A DNA stretch of 64,000 nucleotides from an uncultured Verrucomicrobiota bacterium (GCA_937911295.1 CALDQE010000026.1:3324-67323), one strand, 5' to 3'; numbered from the stretch's first letter, positions 6,835 to 15,631 are shown. Numbers and translations are program-made. The notes: a model not told the origin generated them from the sequence alone.

Positions 6835-8430
6835 ATGATTGACCAAAAAATACTTTATTCAGATTGCCCTTGTAAAAGCGGGAAAAAATTCAAGTTTTGT
6901 TGCTATAATTCAATTCGTGATTTATTGCCAAACGATCCTACTCGAGCTATGGTTGCAGATGCCATTCGCGAAAGAGCTCGATCTCAAAAAATTGAAAAAT
7001 TGATTTCTCAACACTCAAATATTGATCTTAATGGTTTTCACAGACACATCAAGCGTGGTGTTGATTATTTAAATAATTATAAGTTTGATTTTGCTGAAAG
7101 AGAATTTCTTCTTGCAAAAGAAAAATTTGAATTCGCACCTACCCCATATAATAATCTTGCTTTATCTGCTATAATTCAGGGAAAAATAGATGAGGCTGAG
7201 GAAATCGCACGAGACGCAATTAAACGTTTCCCTTGTGAAAATCCTTTTGGGATGGCTTTATATGCAGATATTAAATATATCAAAGGTGAAATAGCAGAAG
7301 CACTTAAAATTTTAGAGCAAGCTGAAAATATTACACCTAATTCAGCAGATCATGCAGTTCGCGTATGCGAATCTTTTGCACATTATAAACACCATCAGCG
7401 TATTATTGATTATATCATTAAATGTGATTATGAAGACGACCCAAATGCAGCCTTCTTCCTTGGTATTGCGTTTGCAAATCTTGGCAAAGAGAGCGAGGCT
7501 ATCAATTATCTACGCATAGCTTCTGAAGGCATTCATTATGAATATGCTGAAAAAATTCTAGATAAGCTAATACATGGAGAAAAACCAGACACTATTTGTG
7601 GTGACTGGATGTATTTTGCTGACAATAGTTACCCATTATCAAATTGTATATTAAAACATAACGAAAAAGATAATGGTGGTCTACAAACAACTGCTGAAGC
7701 TGCATCCGAATTTATTGAAATTCAAGTGAATGATGGATATTTAGAAATCAAAGATGCGATTAAAATGCTTTCTTATGTTATTTGCAAAAATGCAGAACGA
7801 TTATTAAATGCATTACGCTTAGACGAATCTCGTCCAGAAAGCATACGCAAGGCAGCACAAAAAGTTTACGAAAAAAATTATATCAAAAATAAATTTGGGG
7901 AAAACCTAAGCAAACAACAAGATCCTCTTATCCAAGGAATGATAATATCAGAAGATGCTTTAATCCCTCTACCTTTACCTGAAGAAGAAAAAGTAAAGTA
8001 TGAAAAAGCAGTTCAAATTATTCTTGATCCTTCAAGCAAGAAAAATGATTTTAAAAAAGCTTTTATCATATTGGAGGATTTTTACAACAAAAATTCTGAC
8101 TTCCCTTCAATAGCAAACAATTACGCATCTGCTTTATCTCGCCTTGGTAAATATGAAGAGGCAAAAAAAATCATAAGGGACTGTTTTGCTGCTCACCCAG
8201 AATATGTTTTTGGGGCTGCAAATTACTTAAATATCCTTATGTCTGAGAAAAAAATTGATGAAGCTCGTGCTATGTATGATAATTACAATCTTCCTAACAA
8301 GATTCATCCTCTCGCATATTTATCTTGGTACAATGTAGCTACTAAATATTTATCTTTGATTGGCGACAAACAAAGCATTAATCAAATGAAAAAAATAAGA
8401 AACAAAATTGTCAAAGAATTCGACCTCTAG
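6835..8430 (+). CDS. SEC-C metal-binding motif protein with TPR-like repeats
   Basis: N-terminal CPCKSGKKFKFCC (SEC-C motif). The remainder is helical with TPR-like repeats (e.g. ANNYASALSRLGKYEEAKKIIRDCFAAHPEY). No Shine-Dalgarno sequence is possible because the upstream tract is G-free. Confidence 0.75.
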   Translation: MIDQKILYSDCPCKSGKKFKFCCYNSIRDLLPNDPTRAMVADAIRERARSQKIEKLISQHSNIDLNGFHRHIKRGVDYLNNYKFDFAEREFLLAKEKFEFAPTPYNNLALSAIIQGKIDEAEEIARDAIKRFPCENPFGMALYADIKYIKGEIAEALKILEQAENITPNSADHAVRVCESFAHYKHHQRIIDYIIKCDYEDDPNAAFFLGIAFANLGKESEAINYLRIASEGIHYEYAEKILDKLIHGEKPDTICGDWMYFADNSYPLSNCILKHNEKDNGGLQTTAEAASEFIEIQVNDGYLEIKDAIKMLSYVICKNAERLLNALRLDESRPESIRKAAQKVYEKNYIKNKFGENLSKQQDPLIQGMIISEDALIPLPLPEEEKVKYEKAVQIILDPSSKKNDFKKAFIILEDFYNKNSDFPSIANNYASALSRLGKYEEAKKIIRDCFAAHPEYVFGAANYLNILMSEKKIDEARAMYDNYNLPNKIHPLAYLSWYNVATKYLSLIGDKQSINQMKKIRNKIVKEFDL

Positions 8431-8560
8431 GTAACAACATTATAAGTACCTAAATATCTTTTTTGATTCATTTTTATGTAATAGAAACCCCTTTCACATT
8501 GCAGCAACCAATCACATAGTATTTGTGACAACCCTGAGTGTAGAGTGCCAGAGGGTGGAA

Positions 8561-8593
8561 AGTTTGATAATTTGATAGTTTTACAGTTGAGAG
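8561..8593 (+). repeat. inverted partial copy of the 6101-6160 repeat
   Basis: AGTTTGATAATTTGATAGTTTTACAGTTGAGAG. Its reverse complement, CTCTCAACTGTAAAACTATCAAATTATCAAACT, matches the motifs directly after the tRNA. Confidence 0.7.
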
Positions 8594-8694
8594 CCGGAGA
8601 GCGAACAAATTGGTGCATCACAAAAACAAAAGTTTGTGTGTAAAAGCATCCAAAATAAAAGAACTGCGGTTTTATCGTTAAGTGGAGATATAAA

Positions 8695-9939
8695 ATGATA
8701 GAGAATGATCTTTCCCACATTCATGATCAAAAAATTAAGCCACTCAAAAAGGCACTGGAATCAGCAATTGTGAAAGCGTCTAAGAAAGACTGCTGGTATA
8801 ATCCATGGGAAAGGCGTGGAAATCAGGCGGATTGGGGCATTTTATCTGAAAAATTTGAGGCATTTATTAAAGAGGCGGAAGTAAAAGATATTCTGCCGAT
8901 GGTAGAGTTTCTTCTGGAAAAGGCAACACGCCAAATTCAACATTCAGATGATGAAGGTGATTGCGAAGGGCAAGCACGCTATTGGGCACAAAGACTAATA
9001 AAGGCCGCAACCAAGAAGAATTCCGATCATATTACCTTGATTGATTGGGCGATAAAGGTTATTACTAAGGACAAATACTTTCTGACCGATGCGAAAACAA
9101 TCGTTTTAGACAAAAATAAATTCCCGTCCCAAGAAACTTGGAATGAAATAGCCAACCATTATAAGGGTTTAAATCGGAGAATACATCTTTTGGCGTTGCA
9201 AAAAGCTGGAAGGGAGAATGAAAGGAAAAAAATACTTAAAAAAAGTGCTAAACAAAAAAAGGACTATGCCTATCTAGTAGAAGACGCATTATCGCGTGGA
9301 GATTGTGAAGAAGCACTTAATATTTGCGAACGAGGAATAGCACAATTAAAAGGTGCAGAATTAAAAATTGAAGAGTTGAATATTCTGGCTGCTCGTATTG
9401 AAGCATCGCACGGCCAATATAATCGCGACCTTAATCTGCGAAAAAAGTTTTTGATGGAAGACCCATCACTTGAGAACTATACGTCCCTATTGGAACTCGC
9501 TACAGTGCAGAACATTAGCGAGCAGATTCGCATTGAGGCATTAGAAAAACTTGAGGTAGCTCAAGAATGGTATATTCTAATGGTCATTGCATTGCAGGAG
9601 TACAGATTATTGGATGCCGTCAAATATTATTGGCATATTCACAAAGAATCATCTAGTGTTTATTATGAAAGCAATCCATTTAAACAGGATTTCGATCTTG
9701 CGGAGAGATTATCTGGAATTTATCCGATAGAGGCGTCGAAGATTCTACGTCGTGTCGTATATGAAAGTCTTACGGCATATCAGCCGATGTACGAGTATGT
9801 TGAGCAGGCATTAACATCACTTAAGTCTGAATTTCTTGTGTCGGGAAAATTTGAAGAATGGAAAGAGTTAGTGCAAACATTACGAGTTGACCACCCACGA
9901 AAAAGAAACCTTAAGGAAATTCTCGATAGGTTGTCGTAA
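8695..9939 (+). CDS. hypothetical alpha-helical repeat protein
   Basis: 414-aa ORF with GGAG 8 nt upstream. No family motif was confidently recognised. Confidence 0.65.
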   Translation: MIENDLSHIHDQKIKPLKKALESAIVKASKKDCWYNPWERRGNQADWGILSEKFEAFIKEAEVKDILPMVEFLLEKATRQIQHSDDEGDCEGQARYWAQRLIKAATKKNSDHITLIDWAIKVITKDKYFLTDAKTIVLDKNKFPSQETWNEIANHYKGLNRRIHLLALQKAGRENERKKILKKSAKQKKDYAYLVEDALSRGDCEEALNICERGIAQLKGAELKIEELNILAARIEASHGQYNRDLNLRKKFLMEDPSLENYTSLLELATVQNISEQIRIEALEKLEVAQEWYILMVIALQEYRLLDAVKYYWHIHKESSSVYYESNPFKQDFDLAERLSGIYPIEASKILRRVVYESLTAYQPMYEYVEQALTSLKSEFLVSGKFEEWKELVQTLRVDHPRKRNLKEILDRLS

Positions 9940-10040
9940 TAACAGCTTATGGGCGGGTGGAACTTTTCCTTACTGCCCGTATGCTCATAGTTCAATAGCT
10001 AGTGCGTTCCATAGTCATCACGTACGGCATACCGCGTGTG

Positions 10041-10119
10041 ATTTTCCAATTATTCACTCTTCATTCTTCATTATTCACTCTTCATTCTTCATTATTCATT
10101 ATTCACTCTTCATAACCTT
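10041..10119 (+). repeat. G-free 21-nt periodic repeat (ATTATTCACTCTTCATTCTTC x2 plus a degenerate unit)
   Basis: Units at 10049-10069 and 10070-10090 are identical. No G occurs from 10041 to 10119. It shares the TTCATTCTTCA core with 6763-6834. Confidence 0.9.
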
Positions 10120-10146
10120 GAATGAAAATCAAATAATTGATAAAAT
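10118..10146 (+). promoter_or_regulatory. candidate sigma-70 promoter for larA-like gene
   Basis: TTGAAT (10118-10123), a 17-nt spacer, then TAAAAT (10141-10146). Confidence 0.35.
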
Positions 10147-10172
10147 AATGGCGTTGAAAGGATAATATTGAT

Positions 10173-11447
10173 ATGACTCAAATTAAAATACCGTATGGCA
10201 GAACAGGAATTGTCGCAAATATATCAGAAGACAACCTTTTAGGAATTTATGAGGCTGGGCTACCTGCTGAGGCAGCAGATCCAATTGCAGAGGTCGAAAA
10301 TGCTTTAGATAATCCTATCGGTTCACCTAAGCTTGAAGAATTAGCTGTTGGAAAGAAAAATGCAGTTATTATTGCAAGTGACCACACAAGACCTGTCCCG
10401 AGTAAGATTCTTATGCCAGCACTATTAAAACGCCTCCGTGCTGGCTCACCTAATATTGATATTACTATCCTTATTGCAACTGGCTGCCATAGAGAAACCT
10501 CACGAAACGAGCTTGTCGAAAAGTTTGGTGAGCAAATAGTTGATAATGAAAAAATAGTAGTCCATGATTCTTTAAATGCAGATAGCTTAGTTTCTGTTGG
10601 AATTCTTCCTTCTGGCGGAGAGCTTGTTCTTAATAAGATGGTGATGGAAACAGAGCTTCTCGTTTCCGAGGGCTTTATTGAACCACATTTCTTTGCTGGA
10701 TTCTCTGGTGGCAGAAAGAGTGTGCTACCTGGTGTCGCTGCAAGAGAAACAGTCTTAGCAAATCATTGTTCAGAATTTATCCAAAGCCCTTTTGCACGCA
10801 CAGGCAATTTGGATAATAATCCAATTCATAAAGATATGGTTTTTGCAGCAGACAAAGCAAATCTAGCTTTTATTCTTAATGTCGTTATCAATGGAGAAAA
10901 GCACATTGTAAAAGCCTTTGCTGGACATCGCGTGAAAGCCCATGAAGCCGGCTGTGCATTCTTAAAAAATGCTTGCAAGGTCTCTGTGCCTGCAGCGGAT
11001 ATTGTAATAACAAGTAATGGCGGGTATCCATTAGATCAAAATATCTATCAGAGTGTAAAAGGAATGACTGCTGGCGAAGCCGTTTGCAGAGAAGGTGGTG
11101 TAATTATTCTTGCAGCTAGCTGCTCTGATGGTCATGGAGGCAATGCTTTCTATAAGGTGCTTTCTGAATGTGAATCCGCTCAAGCATTGCTAGATTCTAT
11201 TGCTGATATCCCAAGAGATAAAACAACACCGGACCAATGGCAGTACCAGATTTTAGCTAGAATTTTAGCAAAATATAACGTGATTATTGTTACAACAGAT
11301 TGTGACCACGAAATGATTCGCCAAATGAAAATGATGTCGGCTTCTTCAATTGATGAGGCAGTTGCTATGGCAAAAAAAATTACTGGAGAGGATGCTACAA
11401 TTGCAGTAATTCCAGATGGCGTTTCTGTCATTGTTGAAAAACAATAA
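10173..11447 (+). CDS. larA: nickel-pincer-dependent lactate racemase (LarA) family protein
   Basis: ASDHTRPVP, ATGCHR and EPHFFAGFSGGRKSVLPG are LarA/DUF2088 hallmarks. Confidence 0.8.
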   Translation: MTQIKIPYGRTGIVANISEDNLLGIYEAGLPAEAADPIAEVENALDNPIGSPKLEELAVGKKNAVIIASDHTRPVPSKILMPALLKRLRAGSPNIDITILIATGCHRETSRNELVEKFGEQIVDNEKIVVHDSLNADSLVSVGILPSGGELVLNKMVMETELLVSEGFIEPHFFAGFSGGRKSVLPGVAARETVLANHCSEFIQSPFARTGNLDNNPIHKDMVFAADKANLAFILNVVINGEKHIVKAFAGHRVKAHEAGCAFLKNACKVSVPAADIVITSNGGYPLDQNIYQSVKGMTAGEAVCREGGVIILAASCSDGHGGNAFYKVLSECESAQALLDSIADIPRDKTTPDQWQYQILARILAKYNVIIVTTDCDHEMIRQMKMMSASSIDEAVAMAKKITGEDATIAVIPDGVSVIVEKQ

Positions 11448-11476
11448 GAATGTAATTTGTTTTAAGAATATTTAAT

Positions 11477-12055
11477 ATGAAAAAAAACCTTTCTCTAAAA
11501 GAAAAGAAATTTAGAACAATAGTCTCGATAATTGTTTTTGTAATTATTGTTATTGCACACCGCCACGAAATTGCGAATACAATTAAATTGTGGTTGGATG
11601 AAGAGTATAATTACGGTATTACCTCCGAAGAAAAATATTCTGAAGAGGAATACCAGACCAATGAGGTTTCTGTTAATGAGGAACCATTAACACAAGCCCC
11701 AGAACAAGTAGAGCCTTTAGCGACTTTGTCCTCCGAAAAGCCTAGTAATAAGCTAATTCTTAAGCATGGGAAATGGACCAAGGGCGAGGGAATCATTATA
11801 AAGGTTTTACCAGACGATACCAATCCACCTTGCCACCAAAGATTATTGTTGAAAATTTCCGACGATAGAACTCTTTTAATCACACACAATGTAGATTTAG
11901 CTCCTCGCGTAGAAAATCCACAGCGTGGAGATTTAATTAGTTTTTATGGTGAATTTATCGACAATGAAAAAGGTGGCTTAATTCATTGGACGCATCACGA
12001 TCCCGATGGTGGGCGAGGAGGTTATCTTATTCATAATTCGATCCGATATGAATAG
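11477..12055 (+). CDS. DUF3465 domain-containing membrane-anchored protein
   Basis: N-terminal transmembrane helix. The C-terminal VLPDD...HQRLLLKISDDRTLLITHNVDLAPRV...GGLIHWTHHDP matches the DUF3465 pattern. Confidence 0.75.
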   Translation: MKKNLSLKEKKFRTIVSIIVFVIIVIAHRHEIANTIKLWLDEEYNYGITSEEKYSEEEYQTNEVSVNEEPLTQAPEQVEPLATLSSEKPSNKLILKHGKWTKGEGIIIKVLPDDTNPPCHQRLLLKISDDRTLLITHNVDLAPRVENPQRGDLISFYGEFIDNEKGGLIHWTHHDPDGGRGGYLIHNSIRYE

Positions 12056-12108
12056 CTAGCTTGTATTAAAAATAAGAGTTTTTTTGAGTAGCTTATTGGC
12101 TTTTTGCT

Positions 12109-12873
12109 GTGTTATTGTTGACTATGAGAATTTTTAAAAAAATAAAAGAACGATTTAATGAGCGAGTAATAGAAGCGACAATTCTTATTCGTTGTATTCC
12201 GTCTTTAGCTGTTACACTTTTTGTTGTTAGTGTTATTTGTATGAATCTTTTAGCAAATAAGACAATATTTCAAAATGAATGGATTGCTATAGATGGTGGT
12301 TTTCTGATCTCGTGGTTGTCATTCTTGTGTATGGATGCAATTACGGTCTACTTCGGGCCACGTGCATCAAATAAAATTGCAGTTTTGGCAACAGCTGTTA
12401 ATTTGCTCACTTGTATTATTTTCTTTATTGCAAGTATAATCCCATCCAATGCAGGCGTGGATTATACAGAATTAGATAATATCTTAGGCGGAACCTGGTT
12501 TATTCTTTTAGGTAGTACAGTGGCTTTTCTATCCTCAGCTTTTATAAATAATTTTCTTAACTGGAGTATTGGTAAGGCATTGAAGAGTAATGCTAATAAA
12601 AGACTTGTTTTCTCGGTGCAATGCCATTGTTCGACATTTATTGCACAATTTTTTGACAATTTAATATTTTCTTTGATTGTTTTTGTTGGCTTTGCACCTG
12701 TTTTTTGGAATGGGTTTCATTGGACAGTGCTTCAATGTGTAACATGTGCATTAGCTGGAGCAGTATTGGAGGTGGTGCTTCAGGCATTGTTTTCACCTGT
12801 TAGCTATAAAATCATTTTGCATTGGCAGAAGCATTCTATAGGAAGAGAATATTTAGACAAATATGGGAAATAG
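12109..12873 (+). CDS. VUT family (YhhQ-like queuosine-precursor) transporter
   Basis: Multi-pass membrane protein with NLLANKTI...IDGGFLISWLSFLCMDAITVYFG, resembling the YhhQ/VUT N-terminal region. The ORF starts at a GTG; the ATG at 12124 is an alternative. Confidence 0.6.
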   Translation: MLLLTMRIFKKIKERFNERVIEATILIRCIPSLAVTLFVVSVICMNLLANKTIFQNEWIAIDGGFLISWLSFLCMDAITVYFGPRASNKIAVLATAVNLLTCIIFFIASIIPSNAGVDYTELDNILGGTWFILLGSTVAFLSSAFINNFLNWSIGKALKSNANKRLVFSVQCHCSTFIAQFFDNLIFSLIVFVGFAPVFWNGFHWTVLQCVTCALAGAVLEVVLQALFSPVSYKIILHWQKHSIGREYLDKYGK

Positions 12874-12884
12874 GGTAGTTGCTT

Positions 12885-13538
12885 ATGAATATTTTAATTA
12901 CAGGAACAAGTCAGGGCATTGGTAAGGCGATAGCAGAATTGTTTATTGATGAAGGGTACAATGTTATTGGATTTGATAGGCAACGTGCTTCAATTATTGA
13001 TGAATTGTATGTGCATTATCAAATAGATATTCGGGATAGAGAGGCTTTGCCAGATCTTAAGGAGATCAATGTTTTAATTAATAATGCAGGAACTCAAAAT
13101 GAGGCCGACATTGATATAAATCTTAAGGCATTAATTTGTGTTACAGAAAAATATGGTATCCAAGAATCGATTTGTTCAATTTTAAATATTGGTTCTGCGA
13201 GTGCACATACAGGAGCGGAATTTCCGGAGTATTGTGCAAGCAAGGGGGGAATTCTTGCATATACTAAGAATGTGGCAAAGCGTATTGCAAAATTTGGTGC
13301 TACATGCAATAGTCTTGATCCTGGTGGTGTTCTTACTCCATTAAATGCATGCGTTATGGAGGATGAGGAGCTTTGGGGACAAATTATGGAAGAGACTCCT
13401 TTAAGGCGGTGGGCTAGTCCAAAGGAGATTGCTCAATGGGCATATTTTCTCACAATGACGAATAGGTTTTGTACAGGGCAGAGCATTGTTGTAGATGGGG
13501 GCGAGTCTATTAACCATAATTTTATTTGGAAGGATTGA
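12885..13538 (+). CDS. SDR family oxidoreductase
   Basis: The N-terminal ILITGTSQGIGKAIA is a Rossmann TGxxxGIG motif; NNAG and YCASK (YxxxK) are also present. The ORF opens at TTG 12879, and the ATG at 12885 is the preferred start. Confidence 0.85.
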   Translation: MNILITGTSQGIGKAIAELFIDEGYNVIGFDRQRASIIDELYVHYQIDIRDREALPDLKEINVLINNAGTQNEADIDINLKALICVTEKYGIQESICSILNIGSASAHTGAEFPEYCASKGGILAYTKNVAKRIAKFGATCNSLDPGGVLTPLNACVMEDEELWGQIMEETPLRRWASPKEIAQWAYFLTMTNRFCTGQSIVVDGGESINHNFIWKD

Positions 13539-13575
13539 TATTCGCCTTGCCTTCAATTAGGCTTATTGTACAAAC

Positions 13576-13677
13576 AGACATCGCATCTACTATTTATCTG
13601 CCACAACAACTTAGGTCCGCATTTATAAAAATGCGGATGTAGAACCACTAAGATGGTAACATTGTTTTCATTTGCTA
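13576..13677. repeat. ~100-bp direct repeat, copy 1 (contains palindrome CCGCATTTATAAAAATGCGG at 13617-13636)
   Basis: It matches 14026-14127. The first ~62 nt differ at 2 positions, and the remainder is partly diverged. Confidence 0.9.
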
Positions 13678-13714
13678 TTTAATGTTGCATGAGTGATTTT
13701 TTCTTCTAATTTGC

Positions 13715-13744
13715 TACCCTCACATTTATATAAATGCGAGGGTA
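13715..13744. repeat. 30-nt AT-cored palindrome (TACCCTCACATTTATATAAATGCGAGGGTA)
   Basis: Repeated at 13923-13952 with a single mismatch. Confidence 0.9.
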
Positions 13745-13819
13745 ACTCATCCACGGAAAAAATGTCATACAATACTGAAACAACAACACCAAACACAGCT
13801 CAAATCAGAACATTCCCCA

Positions 13820-13845
13820 CTTTCGCATTTATATAAATCCGAGAG
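13820..13845. repeat. degenerate copy of the AT-cored palindrome (CTTTCGCATTTATATAAATCCGAGAG)
   Basis: It shares the GCATTTATATAAAT core, and its arms carry two mismatches. Confidence 0.7.
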
Positions 13846-13920
13846 TAACATACACACGCAGAAATCGTGAAAAAGCTTCTATGCTAACGGCGTGAAAATA
13901 CGCCTAACAGATGTGGTTCG

Positions 13921-13954
13921 CCTACCTTCACATTTATATAAATGCGAGGGTAGG
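13921..13954. repeat. 34-nt AT-cored palindrome (CCTACCTTCACATTTATATAAATGCGAGGGTAGG)
   Basis: 17-nt arms with two non-Watson-Crick positions. The inner 30 nt repeat 13715-13744. Confidence 0.9.
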
Positions 13955-14025
13955 ACTATGGGGTAGCGTTGATGTTGTCAGGTAGCGTATTTTACCTAGC
14001 TTTCTCATCGACTTGTCGTGAAAAC

Positions 14026-14127
14026 CAGCATCGCATCTGCTATTTATCTGCCACAACAACTTAGGTCCGCATTTATAAAAATGCGGATGTAAAACCGCCA
14101 AGTGAGTAGAATTGTTTAATTTGCTAG
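14026..14127. repeat. ~100-bp direct repeat, copy 2 (palindrome at 14067-14086)
   Basis: See 13576-13677. The two copies lie 450 bp apart. Confidence 0.9.
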
Positions 14128-14339
14128 AGGTCCATGGATGACACAAATGCTGCTTTGGTCTGGTTAAATGCAACACTTAAGGAGGGGCATTTAGTTTGTC
14201 TTTTGACCCAAAACAATTTGAATGTAAAATCATATTTATCTTTTAACGAAAATATATTATACTATTGAGTATATTCGTAAATGTGATTTCAATGATAATC
14301 GTCTAAAATGTCATTAGCCTCAAATTTGTGGTAGAAACT

Positions 14340-14942
14340 ATGCGATTTTCTTTTGGTAATTTTAAAATGCTTCATAGACAAAAGCAGTATTGCTCACGTT
14401 GGGCTGCTGCTAATAGCCTCGCTTTGTCCAAAAAGGGTCAGGCTATGGTTGAGTTTGTTGTAGCAGTTGTTTTAATTATGCTTGTAGTTGGTGGGATTCT
14501 TACTGTCGCAAATCTCCAACGCGCAGATGCAAAAAGTATGCTTGCTGCAACCTCTGAGGCAATAGATTCTGCAATGGGTAATTCTATTCCAGATAATTTC
14601 TCGCCTGTGAAGGATTGGAATAATGGACCTGATGGCTATGAGCAAACTAAGGATGACAAGAAAATAAGTGGTAGTCTCTCTAATGTAAGAAATTCAATTA
14701 CAGGAGTAGCGACTCCTAATGGTGATTGGTCTGCATTTTCTAGAAGCGATGGTGATAGTGTTGTTTATGATGATATTAAGCAGCTTGATAAAAGTGGTGG
14801 AACATCTACCATAGGAATGATAGAAGCAGAGGCTTCGGAAACGGCAGAAATTCCTCCTGTCATTCAACGTACCCTAGGTGTGGATTCAGAGGTAAATGTT
14901 GAAAATCAGGTATGGATGCCAAAAACAGAAGGGCTATACTAA
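14340..14942 (+). CDS. TadE-like (Flp-pilus pseudopilin-type N-terminus) protein
   Basis: KKGQAMVEFVVAVVLIMLVVGGIL matches the TadE/TadG-type G-x4-EF hydrophobic N-terminus. The start is uncertain (GTG 14328, ATG 14340 or ATG 14367). Confidence 0.55.
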   Translation: MRFSFGNFKMLHRQKQYCSRWAAANSLALSKKGQAMVEFVVAVVLIMLVVGGILTVANLQRADAKSMLAATSEAIDSAMGNSIPDNFSPVKDWNNGPDGYEQTKDDKKISGSLSNVRNSITGVATPNGDWSAFSRSDGDSVVYDDIKQLDKSGGTSTIGMIEAEASETAEIPPVIQRTLGVDSEVNVENQVWMPKTEGLY

Positions 14943-15631
14943 TGAGATTTTCTGCTTTTTCAAAAGAAAAATTTTTGCCATTGCTGTTGCTCTTATTGTT
15001 TTTTAATACACTTAATGCTGCAGTGTTTTTAAAAGGTAAGAGCAATTCGGTGGACACAATTCTTGGTAAACTGTCATCTCGTGTTGAGTATGCCTCAGAG
15101 ATGGAGGTAAATGGTAGCTCTGGAACTATGACGGTTTATTCTTTACATGAACTTAATTCGTTTGAACGATTGGTGCAGATGTTTAAGCCAGATATAGCAA
15201 ATTTCTCTAGTGATGTATTCAGTATGAAGTTAAATGAGGAGCAGGGGGGCGGCTTGCTGTTCGCAATAAGAGGAGCCGTTGCAGGAACAACAGGGCAGCC
15301 AGTAATTGTTATGCATTTTGATTCAGTAGCAGATGGCTCCCCCAAATGGTTGTTCCCAGAGCTGCCTGCACCAGAGTTAAGCTCGATTAAGCTCTCTGTA
15401 AATGATAAGCAAAGGAATATGCGTATTTGCACTTATTCTAGTGACCAGACCGTAGATGCTACTCTTGAGGGAGTAGGACGTACATTATTAAGCAGAGGTT
15501 GGGAATGTGCAACTCCAGGCAATAAAGCAACTAGCCTTTTTTTTGTAAATGATGATTCTATTATACTCGTGAGCGCGATTCCTTCCTCAGCAAATAGTTC
15601 TGGCAGCTCAGTGCTGATAATGAGTAAGTAG
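14942..15631 (+). CDS. hypothetical secreted protein
   Basis: The ATG overlaps the preceding stop (TAATG). Signal-peptide-like LPLLLLLLFFNTLNAAV. No family was recognised. Confidence 0.6.
   Translation: MRFSAFSKEKFLPLLLLLLFFNTLNAAVFLKGKSNSVDTILGKLSSRVEYASEMEVNGSSGTMTVYSLHELNSFERLVQMFKPDIANFSSDVFSMKLNEEQGGGLLFAIRGAVAGTTGQPVIVMHFDSVADGSPKWLFPELPAPELSSIKLSVNDKQRNMRICTYSSDQTVDATLEGVGRTLLSRGWECATPGNKATSLFFVNDDSIILVSAIPSSANSSGSSVLIMSK

Noticed and set aside
9887-10165. 92-aa ORF (…FPIIHSSFFIIHSSFFIIHYSLF…). The same applies to the 91-aa minus-strand ORF at 6544-6819.
   Set aside because: These are translations of the G-free 21-nt repeats, so they are periodic low-complexity peptides. They overlap real gene ends.
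6101-10172. Classical integrative island with att duplication of the tRNA-Ser 3' end.
   Set aside because: I found no second copy of the tRNA 3' segment (…GGTTCGAATCCCTCTCCCTCC…) downstream, and no integrase gene. The region is still reported as an island, but on compositional and repeat grounds only.
12056-12123. preQ1 riboswitch expected upstream of the YhhQ/VUT transporter. A TPP or PLP riboswitch was also looked for upstream of pdxK at 27249-27542.
   Set aside because: Neither the conserved preQ1-I core (…AGAGGTTC…CTA…AAAAAACTA…-like) nor the TPP core (CTGAGA…ACCTGA) is visible. Only a covariance-model search could exclude degenerate versions.
13762-13836. 24-aa ORF (MSYNTETTTPNTAQIRTFPTFAFI) ending inside one palindrome.
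   Set aside because: It has only a weak ribosome-binding site. The equivalent frames at the other palindromes are closed after 7-17 codons with no start, so the TAA in the palindrome core is coincidental.
13576-14127. Possible CRISPR array or integron attC array formed by the repeated palindromes.
   Set aside because: Repeat spacing is about 103-139 bp, not 60-75 bp. The repeats fall into at least two sequence types and one copy is degenerate. There are no cas or intI genes in the window, and no GTTRRRY/RYYYAAC attC core sites.
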